A stretch of DNA of 32,000 nucleotides from assembly GCA_030688545.1 (NCBI GenBank), contig JAUYHT010000006.1, positions 120,001 to 152,000 on the forward strand. Reading direction: 5' to 3'. This stretch comes from Candidatus Iainarchaeum sp. (GTDB taxonomy: Archaea > Iainarchaeota > Iainarchaeia > Iainarchaeales > VGJJ01). Below the pieces are notes generated by a model that made no database searches, had not been told where the DNA came from, and saw only the letters and a program-made list of their open reading frames with translations. This document shows positions 6,668-14,076 of the stretch, piece by piece. Numbering within the stretch: position 1 is the first letter of the stretch; each line of letters begins with the position of its first letter. A program made the position numbers and the translations under genes.

Positions 6668-7381
6668 TCACACGTCTTTTTCCTCTCCCTCTACCGTATC
6701 GTCTTCAGTTTCCTCTTCGTCTTCATCCTCGTCCTCGTCGGGAGCGAGGGGGGATACTTTCTGCGATTTCTTCTTGGTGCCCCCTTTTTCGAGGCCACGA
6801 ACCAAGTCGTCGGCGGTTTCCAGGCCGTGGATCATCTCTTTTTCGGTTTTGGCCCCCGCGCAGATCACTTTCCCGTTCTTGAATAACAGCATCGTCAGTT
6901 TGGGGTTATCCAATCGGAGGATGGCTCCCGGAAACTGCTCCGGCTCGTATTCCACATTGTCCAGTTGCATGGCCGTGGCGAACAGATCCAGATTCTGGTG
7001 CAGATTGCCCGTGGCCACAAGATTAACCACTTCATATTCAATGGTTTTGAGTATTTTCACGGAGGGCTGGATCTCATTGATCATTTTATTGGCTTTTTTG
7101 ATGGCCAAATCAATTTGGGCCTGGGCGCTTGCTCCCGAACAGATGATCTTCCCATTCTTGAATAGGAGCATCGAGACCTTGGGTTCCTTCAGCTTGAGGA
7201 TGGCCCCTGGAAACTGCTCCGGCTCGTATTCGATGTTGGGGATGGACATCGCCAGGTTATAGAGATCCAGATTGGCATTCAATCCCCCGGATGCCACCAG
7301 GTTCACAATAGAATAATCGATCTTCCTTCCCTTGTGGGTGAATGTATGTTGTTCAAAGACCTGTCCTGATCCTTCACTCAT
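6668..7381 (-). CDS. tbp: TATA-box binding protein (TBP) with acidic C-terminal tail
   Basis: Two direct TBP repeats are visible: IVNLVASGGLNANLDL...EYEPEQFPGAILKL...MLLFKNGKIICSGA and VVNLVATGNLHQNLDL...EYEPEQFPGAILRL...MLLFKNGKVICAGA. The tail is DEDEDEDEEETEDD. I place the start at ATG 7381 (MSEGSGQ...), which is preceded by GGAGGAATAAGT. The 26-codon upstream extension of the ORF (to 7459) would run through the TATA-like boxes. Confidence 0.9.
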   Translation of the reverse strand: MSEGSGQVFEQHTFTHKGRKIDYSIVNLVASGGLNANLDLYNLAMSIPNIEYEPEQFPGAILKLKEPKVSMLLFKNGKIICSGASAQAQIDLAIKKANKMINEIQPSVKILKTIEYEVVNLVATGNLHQNLDLFATAMQLDNVEYEPEQFPGAILRLDNPKLTMLLFKNGKVICAGAKTEKEMIHGLETADDLVRGLEKGGTKKKSQKVSPLAPDEDEDEDEEETEDDTVEGEEKDV

Positions 7382-7418
7382 ACTTATTCCTCCAACCCGT
7401 TTTCCCCGAGGCCTCTTC

Positions 7419-7440
7419 TTTAAAAAGGCTTTAAATATAC
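7419..7440 (-). promoter_or_regulatory. Putative tbp promoter (two adjacent TATA-like boxes)
   Basis: Minus-strand reading: GGTATATTTAAAGCCTTTTTAAAGAAG, 40-55 nt upstream of ATG 7381. This leaves a short leader containing GGAGG. Confidence 0.4.
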
Positions 7441-7853
7441 CACCTTGCCCCCAACCCATTTAAAAAGGAAATGCCGGGCCCGTTCACGTGAAAAAGGGGT
7501 TTTGGGGTGCTACTGCAAGAGCTGTTTTCTGTTCCATCGGATGTACATGGGCTAATTTCCCAATTTCATCATTTCCCCTTTTTCGTCGCCAGAAAATGGT
7601 AATTTTAATGGCAGAAATAGGATTTTACGGGAGTCAGAGACGATATTATTTACCCATCAACCACCCATTCCAGGCCCCATCTTAACGTTTCCTCGTCTTA
7701 GATCAATTCCCAAAAATCCCTTTACCAATTCCATCCATCCTATTTCATCCCCTCCTGAGGTTCTTTCCCCAAAAGGCCGCTTTATAAGATTTTCTTTGCC
7801 GGTATCATGGAAAGCCCGCGAGTATATTTTTATCTTTCAGAGGAGCAGCACCC

Positions 7854-8174
7854 ATGGCCAACAAGAAAGCACGAGGATATCGCGCCAACACGCGCGCCAA
7901 GATCCGCGGGGCCGCGACGCGCCCCACGGTGAACCAGCTCCTCCAAACATTCGATGTGGATGAGACGGTGCAGATTGTGATCAATGGAACCATTCATGCG
8001 GGCATGCCCTTCCGCCGCTTCCACGGCCTCACGGGCCAAGTAATAGGGCATCAAGGACGCGCCGTAAAGGTGAAGGCCTATTTGGGTAACCAGACGTGCA
8101 TCGTGATCCTGAATCCTATCCACTTGAAAAGATTGACCACTATTTCAAAGAAAGAAGCCAAGGTGAGCGCATGA
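7854..8174 (+). CDS. rpl21e: 50S ribosomal protein L21e
   Basis: 106-aa ORF, MANKKARGYRANTRAKIRG...FHGLTGQVIG..., the typical L21e N-terminus and SH3-like core. The stop overlaps the rpoF start (ATGA at 8171-8174). Confidence 0.9.
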   Translation: MANKKARGYRANTRAKIRGAATRPTVNQLLQTFDVDETVQIVINGTIHAGMPFRRFHGLTGQVIGHQGRAVKVKAYLGNQTCIVILNPIHLKRLTTISKKEAKVSA

Positions 8175-8506
8175 TAGGGAAAGAGACATTGGAAAAGCAC
8201 CCCATCTCCTTAGCCCACGTGAAGGATTTGCTAGAATCCCGCGAATCCACAAAAGAAGCTTCGTACGAACAGAACCAAACATTGGAGTATGTCACCAAAT
8301 TCGCCAAGCTGAAAAAAGAGGACGCGGAAGGGCTCTATAACAATCTCATGAACATCGAAGGAATGAATGAGGATGCCGCGGTGAAGATCGTGGACTTCCT
8401 TCCCGAGGACGCGGAGGCATTGAAACTCATCCTCCCCAAGTCCTCCAAACTCGAGGAATCCATTTTCCCCGACATTCTTGAGCGGGTAAAGAAATTCCGG
8501 GGCTGA
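8171..8506 (+). CDS. rpoF: DNA-directed RNA polymerase subunit Rpo4/F (Rpb4 homologue)
   Basis: ~111 aa from ATG 8171 (MIGKETLEKHPISLAHVKDLLE...). Size, helical acidic character and the conserved position between rpl21e and DUF655/ksgA support the call. The longer ORF from 8096 is an out-of-frame overlap with rpl21e. Confidence 0.75.
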   Translation: MIGKETLEKHPISLAHVKDLLESRESTKEASYEQNQTLEYVTKFAKLKKEDAEGLYNNLMNIEGMNEDAAVKIVDFLPEDAEALKLILPKSSKLEESIFPDILERVKKFRG

Positions 8507-8592
8507 TCCCATCAAAGTGGGGGTTGGCCGGGGTTTCCAGTTGGACACACCCATAAATACTCGGTCAGCCCTCCCTTCTACGAGTGATAACT

Positions 8593-9168
8593 ATGAATGA
8601 AGAACGGGCTATCATACTGGATTTTCTCCCCCATGGAAAGAGCTCGAGCTTCAAGAGCGAACCCCTGGCTTTAGTCGTGGGAACGGCTTTCTTCACCCTG
8701 CTTGAGGTAGTGCCCAAACCCAATACCGAGCTCAAGCCCTTGGAAGAGGCCTACATTGGAAAGGAGGCCCGGGACAAGATTGACCATATCAAGCAGCGCA
8801 CGACCTACGATAACCTCACCTCCAATGCCCGGGCGGAACTGGATAAGGCCATCGACAAGATCATTGGAATGAACGAAACTAAATTCCTCCAGTTCTTCAA
8901 CAGTGCGGGACCCATCTCCCTCAAGCGGCATCGCCTGGAATTGTTACCGGGAGTAGGCAAGCACCACATGGAATTGATCCTCCGCGAACGCACCACTAAG
9001 CTATTCGATTCATTCACCGAGCTGGAGTCGCGGATAAAATTCCCCACGTCCGTCACCAGTATCCTCCGGCGACGCATCCTCAATGAATTGGAAGGTAAAG
9101 AGAAGCACTTCCTCTTCGTCCGCCCCCCGCAAATCGAGGATGAACGCCACGTCCGCCGATTCAGGTGA
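8593..9168 (+). CDS. DUF655/COG1491-type putative nucleic-acid-binding protein (OB fold + helix-hairpin-helix)
   Basis: MNEERAIILDFLPHGK... N-terminus and LELLPGVGKHHMELIL (HhH-like) motif. Canonical archaeal neighbourhood rpl21e-rpoF-DUF655-ksgA. The ORF track starts at GTG 8584; ATG 8593 is preferred. Confidence 0.7.
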   Translation: MNEERAIILDFLPHGKSSSFKSEPLALVVGTAFFTLLEVVPKPNTELKPLEEAYIGKEARDKIDHIKQRTTYDNLTSNARAELDKAIDKIIGMNETKFLQFFNSAGPISLKRHRLELLPGVGKHHMELILRERTTKLFDSFTELESRIKFPTSVTSILRRRILNELEGKEKHFLFVRPPQIEDERHVRRFR

Positions 9169-10010
9169 TAGGCATGGGCGGCCTGGACGAGCTGCAGCGC
9201 GATATGGTCGCGCACTCCTTTTTTCCCGATAAGAAATTTTCGCAGCATTTTCTGGTGGATGAATCAATAATCCATCTCCTCGTGGATTCGGTGGGGGTGG
9301 GAAAAAAGAATAGTGTTCTCGAGATCGGCGGAGGCACGGGGTTTGTTACTCGGGCCATCCGCGAGACGGGAGCCCGCGTCATTGTGGTGGAAGTCCATGC
9401 TGCTTTGGCCGCGGTTCTTCAAGAAAAATTAGGCGACCAGAACGAGGTGCGAATCATTCAGAATGATATCTTGAAGGTTAATTTGAATCAATTGGACTTT
9501 GATACAGTCATCGCTTCTCCTCCGTATGCCATTTCAGATGACATTATGTATGCATTGTTCGCCCGCGGGTTCGATAATGCGTCATTGGTATGGCAATTGG
9601 AATTCGCCGAGAAGCTGTTGGCCCCCGAAGGAAGCGCGGAGTATAATGCGCTCTCCGTGCTGACCCAATATTTCTTCAATGGGGATATCGTGAAGAAGAT
9701 TTCCCCCAAGGCATTCTACCCCATGCCCCAGCAGTTCTCCTCCATCCTCGTATTGAAGCGGAAAAAAGTTCCCCCCATTCCTAATCATGCCCAATTTGTC
9801 GAGTTTATTCGCACCCTTTTCCGGTTTAAGAACAAAACCCTGGCGAATGCCTTGCGCCTCGCGGCGCGGCATATTCCCACCATCCCCTCTTCCGAACAGT
9901 GTGCCCTACTCTTGCGTCCATTCGACTGGGCGGGGAAAAAGGTGTTCCTCCTTTCTCCAGTGGAGTTCGTGGCATTGTACCATGCGCTTCTACATTTACC
10001 TCAAAAATAA
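9165..10010 (+). CDS. ksgA: 16S rRNA (adenine1518/1519-N6)-dimethyltransferase KsgA/RsmA/Dim1
   Basis: FSQHFLVDESII, SAM motif VLEIGGGTGFVTRAI, catalytic IASPPYAISDDIM. GTG 9165 overlaps the upstream stop (GTGA). An alternative ATG lies at 9174. Confidence 0.9.
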   Translation: MIGMGGLDELQRDMVAHSFFPDKKFSQHFLVDESIIHLLVDSVGVGKKNSVLEIGGGTGFVTRAIRETGARVIVVEVHAALAAVLQEKLGDQNEVRIIQNDILKVNLNQLDFDTVIASPPYAISDDIMYALFARGFDNASLVWQLEFAEKLLAPEGSAEYNALSVLTQYFFNGDIVKKISPKAFYPMPQQFSSILVLKRKKVPPIPNHAQFVEFIRTLFRFKNKTLANALRLAARHIPTIPSSEQCALLLRPFDWAGKKVFLLSPVEFVALYHALLHLPQK

Positions 10011-10030
10011 AATTAATGTCCTCTTTTTAT

Positions 10031-10837
10031 TCAAGGTGTTGAGGCCGCGATGCAGTACGCCCGCGATGTTTCACTGGAAACATTTCCGCACAATGAAGCG
10101 TTTCGGGTGATCCCGGCCACGGCGATGAGACAGGCATCCTTGGCTCCCATGAATACTATGCGATCGCACTCAGACGCTGACCTCCGGGCAATAGCCACTT
10201 CCGTGAAGCAGGTGTCCCGTGCCTCGGTGCGCGGGATAGCATAGCAAATGTCCCCGTCCCGCGCAGAAATAGCAGCCTGGATGTAGCAGGATTCTTTCTT
10301 GTTTCCCAATAACCCATCGATGAACGTGCCCGTGGAAAAGATCTGGGCGCATTCGCTCGAGGACACAGGCGCAATGGGTCTGTCAACCGCCTGGCGGAAT
10401 AAGGGGCCCGTGATGAGCGTGGGGTCACCCGGGTCAAGGACGCGGAATCCAGAAAGGGCGAGCCGAGCGGCATCCGGAGGATACGTGAATAGGCCGAAGA
10501 CGAATGGTTCGGGGCACCCGCACACGGTGCAGGTCACATCCACATTTTGGTAGGCCAATTGGATGTCCAGCACGCGAATGTCCCGCTCTTCATAGAATGC
10601 CCGCACATAGGACAATTCCTCTTCCACGGGGAATTGAGCATAGGGGCGATTGTTCTCAATCCCCCATTGTTCCCTCCAGGGGAGCACGGTACATTTTCCT
10701 GGCTGCAACAACACCCATTCAGGGGCATCCATCGAGGCATCTGGGGCGATGGGCAACTCCCACTGGGTTACCCAGAAGAGAATTCCCAATGATATGAGAA
10801 TGAGTCCCACCACCATGGCCACGGCCCGCTTGTCCAT
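10031..10837 (-). CDS. Hypothetical N-terminally anchored extracytoplasmic protein with a C-terminal Cys-containing ~26-aa repeat region
   Basis: I start it at ATG 10837 (MDKRAVAMVVGLILISLGILFWV = signal anchor). This ATG is preceded ~25 nt upstream by a TATA-like CCTTTCTTAAAG. The ORF track extends it to 11062 through the repeat elements A/B, which I regard as non-coding. The C-terminal repeats follow C-x2-I-x5-6-(R/K)D-x-C-x3-(V/A)A. Confidence 0.6.
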   Translation of the reverse strand: MDKRAVAMVVGLILISLGILFWVTQWELPIAPDASMDAPEWVLLQPGKCTVLPWREQWGIENNRPYAQFPVEEELSYVRAFYEERDIRVLDIQLAYQNVDVTCTVCGCPEPFVFGLFTYPPDAARLALSGFRVLDPGDPTLITGPLFRQAVDRPIAPVSSSECAQIFSTGTFIDGLLGNKKESCYIQAAISARDGDICYAIPRTEARDTCFTEVAIARRSASECDRIVFMGAKDACLIAVAGITRNASLCGNVSSETSRAYCIAASTP

Positions 10838-10856
10838 GAGCCCTTTTGGCGCTCCC

Positions 10857-10866
10857 TCTTTAAGAA
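10857..10866. promoter_or_regulatory. TATA-like box (CTTTAAGAAA / TTTCTTAAAG), candidate promoter for the minus-strand membrane protein and possibly for a plus-strand transcript covering elements A/B
   Basis: Quasi-symmetric A/T box ~25 nt from ATG 10837 (minus) and ~55 nt upstream of element A (plus). Confidence 0.35.
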
Positions 10867-10920
10867 AGGCCGCTACCCCCCCTTGCATAAAAGGACGGAA
10901 TTTGACTCCTGTCGGCCGCC

Positions 10921-10970
10921 GGGGGATTGAAGAATCCCCCTCGTCCCTCGGAGCGCACGATCGAAAGCGA
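10921..10970 (+). repeat. Structured repeat element A (hairpin + CGATCGAAAGCG tail)
   Basis: Perfect 8-bp hairpin GGGGGATT-GAAG-AATCCCCC (10921-10940), followed by TCGTCCCTCGGAGCGCACGATCGAAAGCGA. Confidence 0.8.
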
Positions 10971-10996
10971 TTATCATCGTCGTGTGGATTCAGAGT

Positions 10997-11060
10997 CGTT
11001 CCGGCCGCTGGGAGGGTGTAACCCTCCCACGTCCATCGGGGCGCACGATCGAAATCGTGC
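10997..11060 (+). repeat. Structured repeat element B (hairpin + inverted-repeat tail)
   Basis: CGTTCCGGCCGCTG, then the perfect 8-bp hairpin GGGAGGGT-GTA-ACCCTCCC (11010-11028), then ACGTCCATCGGGGCGCACGATCGAAATCGTGC. The last 18 nt form GCACGAT-CGAA-ATCGTGC (7-bp inverted repeat). It ends 15 nt before the TATA-like box at 11076. Confidence 0.85.
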
Positions 11061-11075
11061 ATGTGCAGGGGTAGG

Positions 11076-11083
11076 ATTTAATA
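11076..11083 (+). promoter_or_regulatory. Putative ftsZ TATA box (ATTTAATA)
   Basis: The only A/T box between element B and the ftsZ start codons. It lies 38 nt upstream of ATG 11114 and 80 nt upstream of the SD-preceded ATG 11156. Confidence 0.4.
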
Positions 11084-11155
11084 CCTTGCACCCGGTAGTA
11101 TGGTGCATAACCCATGCTCCGGGGGCATTGGGGAACAATGAGGGGTGATGTGGGA

Positions 11156-12331
11156 ATGGAGAGCATTTTTCAACGGGGGGTTCAGCGCGCCGCGTCCAAC
11201 CAATCCGGTTTCATGCCCAGTGGGGCCGTTAATCCCGATTCGATTACCCAAACGCAACCCCCTCAACCTATTCGGAATGATTTCACCGCCAAGGATGAGG
11301 AGTCCATCCGCCAATTCCTCAATGAATCCCAGGCCAAGATCGCCGTGGTCGGTGTCGGGGGCGGGGGAACCAATACGGTGCAGCGCCTCAATGAAGTGGG
11401 TTTGGATGGCGGGGAAACCTACGCCGTGAACACGGATGCGCAGGCTTTGTTGCATATCCATGCGACCCGGAAAATTTTGATTGGAAAGCAGCTTACGCGT
11501 GGATTGGGAGCGGGATCCGATCCGTCAGTAGGAGAGGCGGCCGCGCGCGAGAGTGAGGGAGAATTGAAGGAGTTGTTGCAAGGCTCCGATTTGGTTTTCA
11601 TTACGTGTGGTATGGGTGGAGGTACGGGAACAGGAGCGGCCCCCGTCATTGCGAGCGTGGCGAAAGGGTTGAACGCCCTCACTGTGGGAGTGGTTACCCT
11701 CCCTTTCACTGTGGAGGGGCGCACGCGCATCGAGAATGCGTTAGAAGGATTGAACCGCTTGCGCAAGGAAGCGGATACCGTTATCATCATTCCCAACGAC
11801 AAGATTTTGGAGATCGCTCCTGATTTGCCAGTGAACGCGGCCTTCAAGGTGGCCGATGAGGTGTTGGTGAATGCGGTGAAGGGAATCACCGAGATGGTCA
11901 CCAAACCAGGATTGATCAACTTGGATTTTGCGGATTTGCGCACCATCCTTTCGCGAGGGGGAGCGGCGCTAATTGGGTTGGGGGAGAGCCGGGCTGACAA
12001 AGCGAGCGACGCGCGCGCGTTGGAAGCGGTGGAGAATGCTCTTACTTCACCCTTGCTGGATGTGGATATCTCCCACGCCACGAAAGCATTGATTAATGTC
12101 ATTGGGGGCACGGATATGACCCTTCGCGAGGCCGAGATGATCGTGGAAGTGGTGGGCTCGCGCATTGATGGTAACGCCCATATCATTTGGGGGGCGATGA
12201 TCGATGAGAGTATTCCCCGGTCGCAGATCCAAGCCATGGTTGTTGTGGCGGGGGGAAAAATCCCTTTCCTCGACAGCGTGCCCACTCAAGGGGCTGAACG
12301 GGTGGATTTGGATATCGAGTTTACGGAGTGA
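11156..12331 (+). CDS. ftsZ: Cell division protein FtsZ
   Basis: Tubulin/FtsZ signature GMGGGTGTGAAPVIASVAK, plus IAVVGVGGGGTNTV and NTDAQAL. ATG 11156 is preceded by AGGGGTGAT. In-frame upstream ATGs at 11114 and 11138 are alternatives. Confidence 0.9.
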   Translation: MESIFQRGVQRAASNQSGFMPSGAVNPDSITQTQPPQPIRNDFTAKDEESIRQFLNESQAKIAVVGVGGGGTNTVQRLNEVGLDGGETYAVNTDAQALLHIHATRKILIGKQLTRGLGAGSDPSVGEAAARESEGELKELLQGSDLVFITCGMGGGTGTGAAPVIASVAKGLNALTVGVVTLPFTVEGRTRIENALEGLNRLRKEADTVIIIPNDKILEIAPDLPVNAAFKVADEVLVNAVKGITEMVTKPGLINLDFADLRTILSRGGAALIGLGESRADKASDARALEAVENALTSPLLDVDISHATKALINVIGGTDMTLREAEMIVEVVGSRIDGNAHIIWGAMIDESIPRSQIQAMVVVAGGKIPFLDSVPTQGAERVDLDIEFTE

Positions 12332-12337
12332 TAAAAC

Positions 12338-12526
12338 ATGTTCAATCTCAAGGAGCGCTGGAATGATTTTCTCACGGGCGCCCAACGCGTGCTCACGGTG
12401 AGCAAGAAACCGGATGGGAATCAGTACAAGAGCATGGCCCGCATTACCGCGTTAGGAATCCTGGTGTTGGGGATCATCGGATTCGCCGTGGAATTAGTGA
12501 GTTTTTTGATCAAGAATCTCCTTTGA
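12338..12526 (+). CDS. secE: Preprotein translocase subunit SecE (Sec61-gamma)
   Basis: 62 aa with a single C-terminal TM (ITALGILVLGIIGFAVELVSFLI). N-terminal FLTGAQRVLTVSKKPDGNQY is typical of archaeal SecE. Canonical ftsZ-secE-nusG linkage. Confidence 0.85.
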   Translation: MFNLKERWNDFLTGAQRVLTVSKKPDGNQYKSMARITALGILVLGIIGFAVELVSFLIKNLL

Positions 12527-12598
12527 GGCGTCCTTTTTAAAGGCTTGTGGGGCCCATCCTCTCATACGATTTATCCATTTCCAGGGGAAGAGAAACCT

Positions 12599-13039
12599 AT
12601 GATCTACACGGTGCGCACCACGGTGGGACAGGAGACCATGCTCATGGACCTCGTGGCCGCCAAATCCAAGAAAGAAGGGTTGGAAATTTACAGCATCGTC
12701 GTCATGCCCGGGTTAAAGGGGTATGTCCTGATCGAGGGGGATCATGAGAATACCGTCCAGCGAGCCATCGCCGGCCTCTCATTAGTAAAGGGCCGCGGGG
12801 TCGTGGCGGGAAAAATAAACATCGAGGAATTGAGCGCGGTGTTCGCGAGCAAACCCCTCATGGAAAGCATCAAACCCGATCAGAAAGTGGAGCTCATCTC
12901 CGGACCATTCAAAGGAGAGAAAGCCCGCGTCATCCGCGTGAATGATACCAAGGAAGAGGTCACCGTGGAATTGCTCGAGGCCACGGTGAAGATCCCGGTG
13001 ACCATCAAAGCGGAGCACATCCGCGTGATCAAGGAATGA
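12599..13039 (+). CDS. spt5: Transcription elongation factor Spt5 (NusG)
   Basis: MIYTVRTTVGQE... NGN domain and KOW motif (VELISGPFKGEKARVIRV). ATG 12599 is preferred over the longer ORF from 12545. Confidence 0.9.
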   Translation: MIYTVRTTVGQETMLMDLVAAKSKKEGLEIYSIVVMPGLKGYVLIEGDHENTVQRAIAGLSLVKGRGVVAGKINIEELSAVFASKPLMESIKPDQKVELISGPFKGEKARVIRVNDTKEEVTVELLEATVKIPVTIKAEHIRVIKE

Positions 13040-13051
13040 AGGATTTGTTTT

Positions 13052-14059
13052 ATGGTCCGCCCGACCAAAGGAGAGAAGAAACCTCTCATCAGCGTAGTAA
13101 TCGCAGGCCATAACCGCCCGGATTCGTTACGCGAGACCCTTCGCGCGCTACGCGAGCAGACCCTTCCCGCGTCCCAATATGAAGTATTGGTGATCGGGTT
13201 CCCCCCAACGACATTGCAAGCTGTTGCCGACGAAAACAAAAAACTGGCCAAGCACGCATTTCATTATCACGAAATAGGTTCTCGCTGGCCTGATGCTAAA
13301 CGCAATGAGGGCATTCGCCGGGCGCTGGGTAACATCGTGGCGTTCACGGATGATGATGTGGTGCCGGCTCCCGATTGGCTGGAAAAAATAAAGGATTTTT
13401 TCCATTCTCATCCGGATGCGGTGGGAGTAGAGGGCCGAACTACCGGGAATAACACCCCCCTCCTCTCGCATGCGACGCGAAATGAAAAAGGATTTGAGTT
13501 TCCGGCCTGCAACTATGCGTTTCGTAAGGGCATTTTAGAAAAAATAGGGGGCTTTGATGAGGCATATCATTTCTTCCGCGAGGATACCGATCTCGCCTAC
13601 AAGGCTATGCAGTTTGGAAAGGTGCCCTTCGATCCCCACATCCTTGTTTTCCATCCCACCCGTTTCACCCAACCGGCAGCCATCCTTCGAGAATTGGGAA
13701 TGACGCGGGGTGAGATTCGCTTGGCCAAGAAGTTTCCCAAAACCTACTATCGGAAATACGGAATCGTCGGAAAGGGGGGATGGAAGCAGGCGCTCATTAC
13801 CTGGGTGGCCGTAGGCGCGATCTTTTTCTTTCTGATGAAAGAATTTTGGTTGTTGGCACTCGTCATATTGTCCATCCTTTTCCTGATTCGATATTTAATT
13901 TCATTCAGAGGGAGAACATTCACCTTTTCCCAAGCCCTTTGGGTTTTTGCCTACATGGGAATTCGAGACCTCGCCTACCCATTCTTCTTTACCTATTATT
14001 GGTTCACCGAGCACCCTAAAGTAGAGGAAGCGGCGGGAAGCGAGCAATTGGCTTTATAA
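13052..14059 (+). CDS. GT2-family glycosyltransferase with C-terminal TM helices, inserted between spt5 and rpl11
   Basis: ISVVIAGHNRPDSL, AFTDDDVVPAPDWL (DxD), GGFDEAYHFFREDTDLAY. The REDTDL block is shared with the GT2 half of 316-1722. The C-terminal helices are WVAVGAIFFFLM and LLALVILSILFLI. The usual first VVDDGS motif is replaced by VLVIGFPP. Confidence 0.75.
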   Translation: MVRPTKGEKKPLISVVIAGHNRPDSLRETLRALREQTLPASQYEVLVIGFPPTTLQAVADENKKLAKHAFHYHEIGSRWPDAKRNEGIRRALGNIVAFTDDDVVPAPDWLEKIKDFFHSHPDAVGVEGRTTGNNTPLLSHATRNEKGFEFPACNYAFRKGILEKIGGFDEAYHFFREDTDLAYKAMQFGKVPFDPHILVFHPTRFTQPAAILRELGMTRGEIRLAKKFPKTYYRKYGIVGKGGWKQALITWVAVGAIFFFLMKEFWLLALVILSILFLIRYLISFRGRTFTFSQALWVFAYMGIRDLAYPFFFTYYWFTEHPKVEEAAGSEQLAL

Positions 14060-14076
14060 GTGTTTTTTGGGGGAAG

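Noticed and set aside
6651-7262. 203-aa plus-strand ORF (poly-Ser run) and 6605-6886, antisense to tbp and the 5S promoter
   Set aside because: Antisense to a clear two-repeat TBP. The poly-Ser run is simply the complement of the acidic GAA/GAC tail codons.
7501-7572. Possible C/D-box sRNA on the minus strand (AATGATGAAATTG, C-box-like, from 7574 reading down)
   Set aside because: I found no CUGA D box or credible C'/D' pair within the next ~70 nt, and no terminal stem. A single C-box-like heptamer is expected by chance.
7488-7685. 65-aa ORF in the tbp-rpl21e spacer
   Set aside because: GTG start in the track, no SD or TATA geometry, and a Phe/Cys/Trp/Arg-rich composition unlike the local proteins. 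Treated as non-coding.
8096-8170. Upstream extension of the rpoF ORF (starting at 8096 inside rpl21e)
   Set aside because: It would overlap the last 79 nt of rpl21e in another frame. The ATGA junction at 8171-8174 is the classic coupled start.
10838-11062. 75-codon N-terminal extension of the minus-strand ORF 10031-11062 (MHDFDRAPRWTWEG...)
   Set aside because: The extension runs through the structured DNA repeats A and B, which gives pseudo-repeated peptides (DRAPRWTWEG / CAPRDEGD). A signal anchor starts right after M76, and a TATA-like box lies ~25 nt upstream of ATG 10837. The open frame is best explained by chance in GC-rich non-coding DNA.
11419-12285. 288-aa minus-strand ORF antisense to ftsZ
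   Set aside because: Shadow ORF. The plus frame carries the unmistakable FtsZ GGGTGTGAAP signature. The antisense product is low-complexity, Ser/Ala/Pro/Thr-rich, with no motif.
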